Assembly: GCA_030704615.1 (NCBI GenBank)
Contig: CM060733.1
Coordinates: forward strand, 9,300,001-9,364,000
Direction: 5' to 3'
Source of the DNA: Takakia lepidozioides
Lineage: Eukaryota; Plantae; Bryophyta
Length of the DNA: 64,000 bases
The notes under the pieces were generated by a model. It was not told the DNA's origin, ran no database searches, and saw nothing but the letters and a program-made list of their open reading frames with translations. Made by a program: the position numbers and the translations under genes. How positions within the stretch are numbered: the stretch's first letter is position 1; every line of letters starts with the position of its first letter. Below, piece by piece: positions 37,491 through 51,063 of this stretch.

Positions 37491-40171
37491 AGCACGATTG
37501 CACCCAATTCCTGCTCTACGCTAAACTAGTCTCCGGCCTTCAGTCGTCGCTAGAATAAGCTCTCTTTTCCTCTGCCTGGCACGATCTCGCTAGTCTGCAA
37601 TCTACAGGGTAGTCCTTGTCAGTGAATGTTGTTAAGGAAACAGGCACGGATGCACGCAAATTTTTTCCCCCATATGCTAGACATGCATCAAGCTCGTGCG
37701 ATCCCTCGCAGATCGGAGCAAGTTGTGGGTCTGAAGACATTCATTGCAATTCATGCATACATGGGATTCATGGACTATGTTGATCGGACAGTTTGAGTTG
37801 TTGCTTGGAATTGGAAAGTGTGGCATCCGCTCCGGAGGCAGTGACCAAGTTTGACTTTGTGTAGGCAGGTTTGCTGGGATGTTGTTTTGTTAAGATTTGT
37901 TGATGGTGCAATGCGAAAACAGGTTGATGAGTTGCAATAGGAGAAGGATTAGTGAAAGAGGCATCCGGCTTACTAGACAGGCCGCTTGGCTTGGGTCCAC
38001 TGGTCCTGTGCGATCTGCCTCGTCTTCACTTTCGATAGGCTGACGATTGAAGCTTTCTTTACCCTGCTTTTTGTCTGGAGTCTTCCCCGTTCTGTTTTAG
38101 GTGGATGATTAGAGTTCAACCTGCTCTTTTTTACCGAGCTTTTGGCGTGACGTCCATTTGGTTGCCTCCTTTCTTTCACTTGTTGATGGCGCACCTCCGC
38201 GATCTACACCTTGCAAGACACATGCCATCGCAAATTGTGTTACTGGTAACTATTTTCGCCTTCAGGGACCGAAGCTTGCCAAGAAGACTGGGCTTATAAC
38301 TTGTAACTTGTTCCTTCGTCATTTGCCAAGAAACTGATGTAATATATTGTTAGGCTTCCTGCTCTTTCCACACAGTGACTCCTTGATTGCTGATCTCCAT
38401 TCCTCAAAAAAAGAAAACTTCATTCACATCAAGCAGACAATCGTCCTGGATTGCAGCTGGTGGACTCAAAAAGACATTCTGAGCTTACTCTGAGTTCTGC
38501 ATGACAGAACTACATGATACTTGGAAAGTAAAAATGTTCTTGTGAGTTCTCCCACATTGAATCTTTCTTCAGGTTGCTGTACATACAGGTCAAGAACAAA
38601 TGCCTGAAGCCCGTTATATGCAAAAGATCAAGACAACAACACTAGTGAATACCTACCTAATTTCTGGATAATGCCCCGCCCGAGCTGGTTTCCTGCTGTG
38701 GGTAGCAACTTTCTAAATGTGGAAGCCTTTGACATAGATGGTGGAGAATCCATAACTAAGCAAAATAACCCCCACGTCTACATAATACTGGGATACACAA
38801 TAAATCAAAAAAACCTCTGTAACTTCCTCAAAATGCTCTCGAGACTGGAACTGGAATCAAATATGTAAGATATTATTATAAGTCAGCACTAAGGTTTCAG
38901 TAAGGTTTTATCTAAGCACACGAGTAAAAAATAAGTGTTCTTTCCTTCAGCTAATGAACTTCGCCTTTTCTCTATATAGCCAAGAGAAGGCTCGGCGGCA
39001 AGCAATCCATACATTCTAGAAAGGCAAGCTCCAAAGAATCAGCAGGAGGTGGAAACTAAAGCTCTCTCTTTGCAATGGCAATCATTCCTCCTCTTGGCCC
39101 CCTACTCCTGGTACCCCCTCTGGGGATGCCCCTTCGTGTTGTCAAAATTTGGTGGGTTTTGTCACCTGTGAGCAACACAACTCAATGTCACAATCTCTTT
39201 CTCTCATAAATATACATAATGACTGAACCCAAGGCCCTCAGACAGGTTTATTAATCCTGAGCATGGGGTGCTTACAACCTGTGAGGTCCTTGACAAAAGG
39301 CTTTACACTAAGTAAAACCCTGGAGCTTATACCTGTAAGCTCTGTCTGCAGAGGGTGGCTTTCTAACTGATGTATCTGGCTAGCTGATTTTGGATGTCTT
39401 CATAAAAATTAGCCATACTGGAGCAGGCATCGAGATTACCAGAATACTAACTGTAAGGAAGCCAGCATTGGGTTTCCAAAGGCAGGTGTGAAAAACCTGA
39501 AATATTGCTAACCCTGCAACTGACCACACGTTTAATTGAGTGTTGACTGAGGGCTGGCATTCACATCAGACCAGAGGGTATGAAGAGAAAATATGCTCAC
39601 TTCACATACAACCAAAGACTCAACCAGATACAGCTACTCCATGACGGGAGAGGAAAGATGACTATATTCAATCAGCTGCATTGAGGCATTGCTACAGACT
39701 ATTGACTTCACAAACTGTACAACACTGTGATTTCTTTGCAGATCTCCCATCTCCCCTCCCCAGGAAATGTTTTGAGAATAAAACTTCAAGAGCTCCAACA
39801 ACTTACCTTCTCAATAGAAGGCCTACATAGAGACATATATGTCCTTTTTGATTGTCAATATGGAAGACCTTTTAGAAGGCATAGTCCCCTACCATATGCT
39901 ACCCCTGCCACAACTGATTGCTGGCTAGGAAATAAGCCTGGAAGTCCTGTAACGCTCATAAGCAAGCAATGATGTCCATTACAGGGTTATGTGTCATAGG
40001 CCAAAGGGGTGGCATTGACATTGTCATAAAGCAGCACATGTGGATGTTTGCAGCAACGACAGTCCCCTTATAGTGAAAAGGGCAGCTTTGTTTTGATCAA
40101 AAAAGAAATGTGCACTGATTGACACCTGCCAGGTCTGGGGGGGTGAGAGAGGTAGTGTGATACATGTTGAC

Positions 40172-43100
40172 TTACCAGAATGTAGGGGCTGGGATTACTG
40201 TTGCAGTTGTCAATCCAAGAACCAGAGCTGCTCCAAGAGCTATGTGAAGCCTCACACAGTAGTACTTGGCCATAAAAATAATGCTTTTATTCTGATCAGA
40301 TCAGCAGCAACAGCTCCACGTACATGGGACCCCACAAGACCATATTAACATCCAAACAATATTGTGGGCCTCCATAGGCCAATCATACAGGCAATGCCCG
40401 TTTCAGCCACTTTTTAAATGTGAACCTCACACTGCCATTTCCTGGAGGATTCAATTCCTAGGGGCGTGTAAGCAAGGAGCACCAGGACGCTTCCTCCCAG
40501 GATTGCTCATCATTCCTGTCAACTTGGCCGTTGCTGCTGAATACCAAAACACTGTACCATGCTGTCTATCACCCAGCCTTTTCTGGAATATCCTTAAGGC
40601 CTGCAAGCAGAGGGGAGAAACATAGAGGGAAAGAGGGCTTACAGCATGATTTTTGCCGATAAATTGTGAAACCAACTTCCCAATTGGCAATGTCAGCAAC
40701 GAGAAGAACTGCAGAAAAACCCAGAAACATCCTAGTGAGAGAGCTCACAAACATAGACTGGTGCGAGAGCTGGGACCATTTACCTTCTCCTTTACGACAG
40801 AATCAGAACCTTCCAGTGTAACTCTATTTTGATTCATGCACATTCTTCTCCCATATTTGAAAGAATGGGAAACCCACTTTTGGCTGTGTCCCCCTCAGTA
40901 ATCCTCACAGGCACCAAGTTGGAGCAAGACAGTTCTAGTGATCTGCATCCAAAGAATCAAGGGTAGCACCTGCACAAGGGTGCTATTCCGAAGTCTCTCT
41001 CTTTGTTTCTTCTCACTCTATTCTGTCTCTCCTGACACCACAGCCACAATGTACAGGTAGATGCTACTGTAGGTATCCTACCATCATCAGATATACCATC
41101 TAACATGACATGAATGTGCTGTCCTTGACCAACACTGAATTTGCTACCAAAAAAGCTGCAGGGTGTTCAGAAGCAATGATAGCAATAGCCATACCAGTAA
41201 AGTTCCTAATGCCAGAAACGATGCCTCAAGTGATGGCACAACATGAATCCCTGTTAAGAAAGGGTAGGCAGGTACATACACTACAAGACAGGGGCAACGC
41301 CTTTACTGCTGTGAGCATAACTATTGTGGAGTACAGTGCCACCACAGCTCCCTGGACTACCTTCGCCCCCTTCTCTGTGCCCAATCTCACCTGCATTCTT
41401 TCAATGTCATACTAACAACCTTCCAGTAATGCTAAGTTTAATGTAAGTATGGTTGATTTTCGCTACTGAAAACCTTGAATGACTAAGCTGAAGGTCTAAC
41501 TTTCCTTCAGAGGATTTCTGGGCGTGTCGCAAACTTCTGAATTGAAATTGCAGTATTGACGTTAGTCAAGGACCCAAAACACAGAAGAGATGGAGGGTAT
41601 GAGAATACCAGAGGAGACATTTTGCCGACGGATAAGTCCCCCTCAATCTGCTTGATCCAGACATCCAATGTTAGCTTCCAAGCACAAGGCACACAGGGGT
41701 CATAGTATGTTGCAAAAGGTAGTACATCCACCTAACAGAGCATATTATATAGGAAGCTATCATTGAGCATCCACGCAAAAGATCAACCTGATGGAAGTGG
41801 CTGCAGAAGAGGATAAGGGAGGTGGTGATCCCCACCAGCACGCTAACTCCCAACACTGTCAGTGTCACTGGCAACCTTCCCATTCCACTGTCTCAACCCA
41901 AACCCAGGGTGTGAGGACCATCAATGAGCTGACTTATCGAATTTGGTTAATTGAATCTTCTTCAATTGCGCAACACACATGTGTGTATCATTCATGGAGT
42001 AAGCCCATGGGGTTGTAGTTCTGCAAGCTTTGCAAAGTCCAGTCCACCTCCCATGGTAGAGCATACAAAATCTCAATCTATCTGTATGAAGTATTCCGAC
42101 CTTCTTTTCTGATACATAAACTACCAAGTCATTTCTGCAAGGCCTGGTACAAAAGTCAAGCCTTGAGGTGAGAGGCGCAAGATGGATCTGATCAAACGGC
42201 ATAAGTTGTAAGGGACTGCACCATTTCGTCTACAATTTTCCCTGGGAATGATACAGTCCAAGATTGGCTCCAGGCATCCTATGAAAAGGTCAGCAAAAAA
42301 TGGAATTGTATCCATAGGACAAACCTGGCCTGGCTGAGATAGAAGGCTGTGGTGGCGAAAGGCCCAAAGGCCAGAAAGCAAAGTGGCTCTCCCAGTCCTT
42401 TATAACTAAGCCGGAATGGAGGACACTGCCATCCCACAGATATGGACATGCACACAAACTTTGGATTACTAGAAAATTTGAGGGAGGATCAAAAGTGAAG
42501 CTCCTGACAAAACTTTCATGTGTTTAGCATCTTGCAGAACTTTGGAGAGAAGTAAACACTGCTAGATGCCAGCTATTGTAACTTAGAGGCAGACTCCAAA
42601 CAAGATCCACACCCTCCCAGCGGGGGTCAGATTATTATACTCCAACCAGGGTATATCAATGTACCAAACCCCAGCACATATAGGATGCTTGTGGCAAGAG
42701 AGAGAGAATTTACTCATAAGACGTTGTTTGAAGTAGCCTTGACGCCACAGACACCAAGAGGGAAGTTTGGGCAGACCAAGAGGTAAAAGAGAATGTACTC
42801 ATAAGACGTTGTTTGCCGTAGCCTTGTGGCCATTGACCCCGTGCCCAGTTTGAGCGGAACACAAAGGGACAGAACCTGCCTTTGTCAGGGGCTGACGCCA
42901 GTAGTAAGACTTACCTTGGAATAAACAATTGATCTGGGTTTTCCAGATATCCTCTAGAAATCCCTTTACACAAGCATCAACCTGCTGTGTGTGGTTTGCC
43001 CAATAACTAGGTCCCAAAAGGGCCTGGGCTTATGGTGAGAGAGAGAGAGAGAGAGCAGGTTGGAAATGATCCAGACCTGGTAGATATAGCCACATATTAT

Positions 43101-46024
43101 GGCAACAGCCAGAAGAGAAGCTACACGCATATCACCAGCATGCTGAGCTGCCCGTATAAGCCCTGTAAAGCCAAGCACAAGGCATACATATGCTGCTGCC
43201 AATACCACCTTGGTACTGCAAAGCAGGCAAACACAATTTACATCATTGGCTATCAGTCTACAGCTCCATTCTTGTCTCTTTCACCTCTGACAGCAGCATT
43301 GAAATCAGCATTGACTCAAACCTCACCTTCTGTCACTTGAGGAACAAAGTTTCTCTTCTACGGTACACAGGTAACATACTTGGATCAGCAGTGTGGAAGC
43401 TCATTCATATATACCTTTGCAGAGGAGGAGAGTGAAAATTGAGCTGGATGACTCGAGCAATTGCGTAATGAACAGTGAAGAATGTAGAGTTGGGTGTCAA
43501 CCGAAAACAAGTCCACTTACCTTCCGGTCATATTTACAACAGACTCCTTCTTGTCCTTGTCCACCCCTGTCTCTGCATCGTAGGCATCGTTACTGCACAT
43601 CAATTAAGAAGTGTATCACAAAGAAGACTTGCAAATATCAATCAAAATGTTTATACATGGATCTTAATTCAGCTGAGATCTGAAACCTCTTCGAATAGAT
43701 CATGAATTGACTTTTGTAGTAAGTGGTCAAGTTTATCACATACATCCAGGTCAAGTGTACATAGATGTGATATGCCCATAGAGGCCCACAAGAGAGCCCA
43801 GAGAAATCCAAGTGGATTGAGTCTTTAACAGTTGCATTCAAATAAAGCCCTCCCTCCGAGGAGTCCACCTTTTGGCAAATCTGCAGGTTCATTCATTCTG
43901 TAAGTCTGGGCAACTTCCAGGAGAGAAAACAACTTGATCTCCCCCTCAGGATGGTGGATAGGTGGACATCTCTCTCCATTGTATACTCCATCCCACAAAT
44001 CATGTGCTCATGATCTGTGGCCATGCACCTATGGAAAACAATGGTGACACCAACTCTCTCAAGCATATACACAAGTGGTCGGATGTCAAGTACTTACAGA
44101 TTCCATTTTATATGAATGCAGCAAAGCGTGCATGTATCTATTTCACTCAATACTCCTACTCTAGCTTAATGTACCACTCATGTTAGATGAAAGCTCAAAC
44201 TTGTGATGTTTGATTGACTGGACGCATGGACAGGTGCTTCCATGTGGGCAGGGCGCGAGTCCAGCATGTCTTCGCAATTTTGACACAATGTGACTAGCAG
44301 TGTCACACTGTAGCCAAATTGGGGAATACAGCAGACCTGGAATTGGGGGATACAGCAGTTCATCCCATTAACTGAAAAAACATGAGGACGGACAAGTGGA
44401 TAAAGGCAAAACTATCCTTAAGAATGTACTCGTAAGACATTGTTTTCCGTAGCCTTGTGGCCATAGACCCCCTCCCAGTTTGGGTGGAACAAAAGGAAAC
44501 AGATACCACCATTGTGAGGGGCTCACTCCAGTAGAGTGACTTACCATGATAAACTGCTCAGCGATTAGACCCCAACAGGGCCAGGGCTTTAGGCTCGGCG
44601 TCAAGATTTTCCAAGTTGCAGAACAGAGGTGCAGGGACAATGTTCTTGATGTTACTGAAGAGGGTCACTCTCAGGTGAGAATGCCCCGGACAATGTATCA
44701 GAAAATGGATACTGCCTTCAGGCTGGCCGCACATCGGGCAATTACAATCTGGTATCAGGCATGCAATTCAAATGGCCCCACCATCTGACCTTGAACTCAT
44801 CACATCAAGAGCTCAAGGGCGGTTCACCAAACTCGCCCCGAACAGCCAAGTTGCCTGTTCTAGAACATGCTGACATGCTCTCTTTGACAGCTGAAAGCTG
44901 AATGGATTCTGAAGTTTTAGCATGATTAGAGTTCCCATCCCACATAGCAGATGCTTACTCCAAGGTAGGCCTAAAGAAAAGGGACAGAATGTACACATGT
45001 CATTCCCTGCAAATGTTAGCTTGCCACAGCCTTACGGCCATTGATCCCAACAGGAAACTAACCCTCCCGGAGCCTTTTGTGGGGTTCACACCCACCAGGG
45101 TTTAGAAGAGGGACAGAGAGAGAGAGAGAGAGAGAGAGAGAATCAGTCGCTCCTAGAGTTCTCCCCAAGAAAAGTCCAAAATGTGGTACAATAGATTCCC
45201 AAATCATGGAATTGAGCAACCCAGGAACAGACCTGAGGTTTAGCCAAGTGATGACCAGTACGGAGGAGCAGAGCTGGAGCCAATATTGACCCCAATTGAA
45301 CACTCCTGTGTGCAAATTTGCTGCTGCAGCTCCCACCTTTCAAATTTAAAGACAATAAGAAAGTAGGCATCAACCATAGTTTGTAGAAATCTCGTGGAAG
45401 CAAGGACTATCCCAGAAAATTTCTCAAAGCATTGAAAGTCACCTTTTATGAGAACTTCTTCATGGTACTATACTAGTTTAAACTAACAAGCTTGTCTTCA
45501 TAACCAGATTTCCAGGGGATAATTATCCCTGAGGCCAACATCATAACATACCGAGCCCTCCAAATTTAAAACCGATAGATACAACACTACCTCACAACTC
45601 GAAAGATAATCGTTTCACTAACCGAAAGTGGGACGAGTGCAACGGAGTAGATAGGAAGCTTCACCGCTCTCCATAGCAGTGTGGCCCTACTTATCTCCTC
45701 TTCTGCCTCGTCTTCCTCGTGGGGCATGTCAATATCCAGCTGGGGAGGTGTAGCTGCATCCATCTCCACAGACCTTTCTCTCGTGCATTGCAGATGATGC
45801 AGTAAAGCACCATGTTTCTTCCCTTCAAACCTGCCTCCTGACGGGTTAAAGCAACAAACTTCAACCAGAAGTTGTTGCCTTTGAAACGCAGTCCCCGTGA
45901 GTGCTGGAGGAACAGGAGATTTGCGGGGAAAACAGAAACTAGATTGGCCGCATGTCCATGTTAAAGACGGAGATGTGGAAGACGTTCTGTTGCAAGAAAT
46001 GCAGTGTTGACGCAATGCCGCCAT
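40172..46024 (-). CDS. MENA: 1,4-dihydroxy-2-naphthoate phytyltransferase (UbiA family, phylloquinone synthesis), 10 exons
   Basis: Exons 46024-45623, 45336-45233, 43592-43521, 43215-43077, 42425-42325, 41887-41788, 41647-41609, 41390-41280, 40708-40643, 40291-40172, all GT-AG and phase-consistent. Motifs: LLWRAVKLPIYSVALVP, WLNLSNDAYDAETGVDKDK, YQCPPFRLSYKGLGE, LFCSHFHQIEGD..GKMSPLVRLG, IFMAKYYCVRLH. Confidence 0.95.
42697..43055 (-). mobile_element. Two truncated LINE 3' ends in a MenA intron, flanked by (GA)n
   Basis: ACTCATAAGACGTTGTTTG..TAGCCTTG at ~42712 and ~42797, as at 6152; (GA)n on both sides. Confidence 0.8.
44420..44875 (-). mobile_element. Truncated LINE 3' copy in a MenA intron
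   Basis: Matches 7830-8170 and 8487-8600 (CCCCAACAGGG..GAACAGAGGTGCAGGGAC..ACCATCTGACCTTGAACTCATC). Confidence 0.8.
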
Positions 46025-47111
46025 GGATTGCTCACGAGCTTGTTTGAAAAAACCGGAGCGTCACGGATGAGAGAGAGAGAATCCACAGGAAGAGAACGCG
46101 CAACGAATTACGAATTGTAAAGAAGAATGGTGCAGCCAAAACAACTGAATAATAGGTTTCCTTTCACTGCTCAAGTGCAATGTGTTTGGCCTTCCTGTCG
46201 TATCTCCCAGACAAAACCATCTCAGAGGAGTTCTCTGGTGCTCGCATCCGTGTACTAATGATGAGCGTGCATTTCTGCTGTATCTCCTAAAAGTAGATTG
46301 ACGGCAAAGCAGCATTACGAAAAAATTAATGAGGTTTGATTGATTGAAGTGAAGTAACTTCCATCCATCCATCCTCGTGCTTCTCATTGGTACTCTACAC
46401 CGTCACTAACCAGTTGCAGCGCTTGTGAATTCCACAGCTGGTCTCTTCATTCTTCTCGACTTACTTACATGAATGTTTACCGATTCGCTCATTACATGTG
46501 GGATTTTGCGCTGCAATTCGTCCCTCTTCTCTTGACTGCGATGTGATTGTGAGCTACCGCAACTTTACATGCACATGATCGTGATTGCATTCCGGGCAAT
46601 ATTTCACTGTTCACATGTGGATATTGGGTAGACTTGGATTAAGTCATAAGTACTCCTGGGGGGCAAATCCTGGGAAAAGTACTGCATGGGTACTCAGGGT
46701 TTGTGGCAAAAATGCCACATAGGCCAAACGAGTTTGCCTGCGGCATTATTGCAGAGGCATCACATTATTTGTTCCAGTGAGCAGGGACATGCACAACCCA
46801 TAATTCTCAAGTCTGCATAACGATGAGACTCTGATCATAATGATCACTAATCAACGGAGAGCTCTAAACACAGACTAAACACACCATACGATGTTTGTTG
46901 ACTGAAGTGCAATCTCTTTTTGTAACTCAGAAGACAGGCTACTGCGACTGACCAAAAGAAACACCAGCTGAAGCTTTGAAAACAGTCTGTCTAAGATGCA
47001 AGCTCAGCTGTCCTGATTACTTATAGAGCTGTGTTGTTAACGGAACAGCTGATCCTTAAATAGAGTTGCTTGGAATATACAAGTATACAAGTACAGGGAC
47101 AATCATTAAGC

Positions 47112-49568
47112 TCAAAACCGGTCAGCCAGCTGGGGAAAGCGCCGCAGCAACGATGCTACCCCCCGCAATGCAACCTGCAGCACGAAGAGCCAGTGAATGT
47201 AAGTTAGGAAAAATTTGCAACCCAGAGAAAAAACAGAGGATGATTTGAGCAGGCAGGATTGCATAGCATTCTATTGAAGTGAGCAACTTTCGAAAGCTTT
47301 TTGTGAGAGAAGGACTGTAAGTGAATTGCAAGATCAAGACAGGACATGTCAAGATCATTCACTCCTACTTGTCCTTGGTTGATGATTGATATTGATGATA
47401 GATTCAACAACTTACCAGACTGAAATCACCTGGCTTGGTAGCAGGCTCTACGCTATCCCGACCATACCTACATGACATCAAAGCACCTTAGTGTTATTAC
47501 ATTCTGATAAAAAGGTAGAACAAATGCATCAATTTTCAACTTTAAGTCATGGTCCTGCATTAAGAAGTTGCCATCTAATTGATTGCTGGGTTTCCTTGCC
47601 CCCAAGACAGTTGCCACAACCCATTTCTCACCTTCAAAGGATGTAAACCATCTGGCAATGTGAACAAGACGCGATGAGAATATCATACCAAGGGATGGAG
47701 GCTTACTGAGGGGGAACATCCCCGGAACCATAGCGAACATGCTAAGAAAGGAGCAAGGAAACCCGAAGAGATGACTTTGAGACAGGGATTGCTCAGACAA
47801 ACATTATTAATAGTTTCCATGATTGTTCAATCAGAAATGGACAAGGAAACACAAGAATGGTACAACACAAGCACGAATCATAACCCAGGCTAAACTACAG
47901 GCTAGCGTTTGAATAGCTGCCAGAAAATTATGTACTTACTTGATTTGGCGTTTGCCATCTATGACTTCACAACGGTAAAAGCTGCAGCCTTTGCTGAATG
48001 GAAATGGCTTGCCTCTCCATTCTGCCCAAAACAACCAGATCTACAATTGTCATTGTATGTATAGGACACAGATGAAGCAAAGGAGAAACTGCAAAGGATG
48101 TAAGAAAAAGTAGGGAAGAAAAAGTAGAAGAGGAGATTTTAATTCAACACAGAACACCTATCTCCTTACAGAATTACTCACCTACACTGCTGTGAAAATT
48201 TTGCAGCTAAAACATAAGTGTACAATATGTCACCAGTGATTCCATTATAGTTGCACAAATGTGATTCCAGTCAGAAACTTTTCAAGCACGAGTGGGAGGA
48301 ATCAGGAGAAAGGGAAAAAAGAATGCAGAACTTGCAGTAGATTCACATAAGCACTGCTCAGTTCTACCAATCTCTGCTATTAAGAAAGTTACAATCTTAA
48401 ACGATTGTAATTGATGGCCAGGGGGCTTTAGTGTGCTGTGACCTGGACCCTTTCACATCATCCAGTCCAGTCACAGGAGCAGAACACCCATCCATGGACG
48501 AAATATGATACTGAAAAACTCCAAACCAGTTCAACTGTCCAGGCTCTCCACCTCCGAGGAAGCTGTCCAAGTTGAGGAGATTGGGGCCCCGGAACTAGAA
48601 TGCGACATAGAGAAAATTAATAGCTTGCAGACAGTGTTGAAAGTGAAACTCGGAATATCTTCCACCAGTGACTTGTTATTATGTGCAAATGCAATCCCCT
48701 GCACATGAAAGGAGTGAAGTTTGCCCATTAACCCAAGGCGTTCACAAGGACAGAGTCATCAACAGGGAAGTATTCCTTGAATTAGAGAAGAGTATCGTCA
48801 TGTTACCAAGATGCCATGTCACACCCACGGCAGATGGATCGCCAGTGCTGATATCATCAACTTGGAACTCCAATTCTGGACCCACTGAGTCCATGAACTT
48901 TTTGAAAAATTCTACAACAGCCTGCCGACAAGCACATGAACAAGGCATTATTGCAGCAAGTCTAAACCAATCCCCCGACTTGCAAGACTTAAGAAGGAAA
49001 GCAAATAAGATTTCAAGCGATACTGTCACCTACAGAAGTACACCAAGCACAATGATTACTGCCGAGTTGAAATGAGTCCTACCTGCCTGCCTCTGAATGG
49101 CTTCGGAAAGACGAGATCTTCATACACACAATCTTCAGCAAAAAGATCACACAAGGAGTCGATCTCCCGCCTGTTGATTGCTCCATAAAACTCCTGTACA
49201 ATCTCCGAAGCATCTCTCAGAACTGCCACATTTTGTACACTTTGGGAGGAAGCAGCCACCGATCTTGGGTTCCCACTGGTGTTTACACATTCATAATTCC
49301 CATTGCCTACATCTCCCGTTATTGCTGACTGCGACCGGAATCTACTTACTCCACCAGCCCTCCAGAAAGGTTCATTTGTGTTCGAATTCCGAACTGGCGG
49401 TCTTCGGTCTGAAATTCTTGAGCTAGATTTGAGCTTGAAATACCCAGGAGAGTAGAAGAAGGTGGAACGACTTATGTGAGAATTAACAGATTCAAAATAT
49501 GGGCAGGAAATGGAATGCATTGCTTCTAAGCATAGTACACTGTTGCCCAACGCGTTAGTCGTGCCCAT
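47112..49568 (-). CDS. NTF2/SnoaL-like family protein with likely plastid transit peptide, 5 exons
   Basis: Exons 49568-49083, 48921-48807, 48021-47940, 47467-47416, 47174-47112. Motifs: EFYGAINRRE..LFAEDCVYEDLVFPKPFRGRQ, DDISTGDPSAVGVTWHL, EWRGKPFPFSKGCSFY, YGRDSVEPATKPG, LLRRFPQLADRF*. Confidence 0.9.
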
Positions 49569-49840
49569 TCTGTCGATCCAGTAAAGGAAACCCAGAGAGA
49601 GAGAGAGAGAGAGAGAGAAACGAGACGAGACGAAGAGAGAAAGCTGAACGGAAAAGTCTTGTACGCAAACTTCACTCCTTTCATATAAGGACGAGAAAGT
49701 CCTTCTGTGAACGATGGTTTGTTCCATAAGCGACATTAGGGTTTGGCGCCCTAAAACCCTTTCTCGCTCTTCCTGCAATCTCCTCGGAGACTGAAGAAGA
49801 GATTCTAACATCATTTGAGTGTGAGAGTAGGAGGTATTAC

Positions 49841-50179
49841 ATGGGGGTTTTGCAGGTTGTGGCAGTGTTCGGTCTCACATCGCTGGTAATGTGGGCTCTC
49901 CCGCTCTCGGTACTATACATCTTCAACAACAAGCTGGTTCCAACTATCGGAGAGCTATCCCCCAGTTCTCAGACTTTGTGGAGCGGATTTCTAGCCGTGC
50001 TGTCAGTGAATCTGGTGATAATCTCTTACATCCTTTTTGCGTTGAGAGAGAAGCCTGTTGCGACGACCCCTCAACCGGATCCGACCTTTCTCTCCAAGGC
50101 TAAGGCCAGCATCGCCCAAGCACCTCCGTCGGATAGGGCTGCATCTCCACCAACTAAGAAGAGTGGGAAATCCGAGTAG
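49841..50179 (+). CDS. VMA21: VMA21-like V-ATPase assembly membrane protein
   Basis: 112-aa single exon with two TM helices, QTLWSGFLAVLSVNLVI..YI..A.RE, PQPDPTFL, and a C-terminal K-rich ER-retrieval-like end. Confidence 0.85.
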   Translation: MGVLQVVAVFGLTSLVMWALPLSVLYIFNNKLVPTIGELSPSSQTLWSGFLAVLSVNLVIISYILFALREKPVATTPQPDPTFLSKAKASIAQAPPSDRAASPPTKKSGKSE

Positions 50180-50610
50180 AGTTTTGGGAGGGAGAGGGAT
50201 CGCGATACACAAAAGACTGGGGCATATAAAGTGTTAGGTTAATTGGAGAAAGCTTGTCAGAGTGGGACGGTAGGAGGAATGCAGCAACCATCGGGGCCTC
50301 AAGGAACACCACTGCCACCACAGCAGCAACAACCAGCTGTGCCCCCACAGTCTCCTCTACAAATTAAGGTATAGCTCCATGGCACACGTGTGATATCTGG
50401 CCCTATGTCGACAGTGTGTATTCTGAAGGGAAGCTCCAGCTGCACACTTGTTCTATTAGACTCGGCGAGAGAACAAAAAGGTCATTTCCAGACAGTCTTC
50501 GTGCCGCCAAAGCCCCATCATGTCCAGCTAAGAAGTCTATGCTGTTTATACGAGCCGTATTATCTTCCGATCCTATTCCAAGTTTCATGTGAGTTTGATC
50601 TTGTGTGTGG

Positions 50611-51063
50611 ATGAAGGATTTGAGGCCGTCGGTGGCGAGCAACATCAACATCACCTTCATCGTTCTGGAGAAAGGGGCTTCAACACGAACTGGGGATGCG
50701 GGGCAGGTTGCATGCGTAGCTTTGGTTGCCGATGCAACAGCTGCTGTCCATTTGCAGCTGTTAGGGAATGAATGTGAGGTTTTTCAACCAGGTGATATTG
50801 TCAGGCTGTCCAACGGGATGTTTTCCTTTTATAAATCCAATAATCTGGCTCTACGGTCAGGCAAGAAGGGGACCTTGGAAAAGATCGGGGAGTTCACAAT
50901 GGTGTTCTCAGAGAACGTGAATATGAGCAAGTTGCAGTGGGTGCAAGACCCGACCAATCCAAAGATATGGATGCCGGTGGGGCTCAATTCCTTGCTACAT
51001 CAGGGAGGCCATTTGCATCATGGGGCACTGTTAAATAACCCCCGGGGAGGCTTCCACCAATGA
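50611..51063 (+). CDS. SOSS complex subunit B (SSB1/NABP)-like OB-fold ssDNA-binding protein
   Basis: MKDLRP..NINITFIVLEKG..ALVADATAAVHLQL.G.E...FQPGDIVRLSNG..L.LRSGKKG.LEKIGEFTMVFSE..NMS. Confidence 0.9.
   Translation: MKDLRPSVASNINITFIVLEKGASTRTGDAGQVACVALVADATAAVHLQLLGNECEVFQPGDIVRLSNGMFSFYKSNNLALRSGKKGTLEKIGEFTMVFSENVNMSKLQWVQDPTNPKIWMPVGLNSLLHQGGHLHHGALLNNPRGGFHQ

Noticed and set aside
34600-38300. Short ORFs suggestive of decayed retroelement sequence
   Set aside because: No diagnostic RT, integrase or gag motif could be identified confidently.
40892-40968. Candidate MenA exon VLPLILWMQ...
   Set aside because: It ends in a stop and does not fit the MenA sequence; 40708-40643 is the fitting exon.
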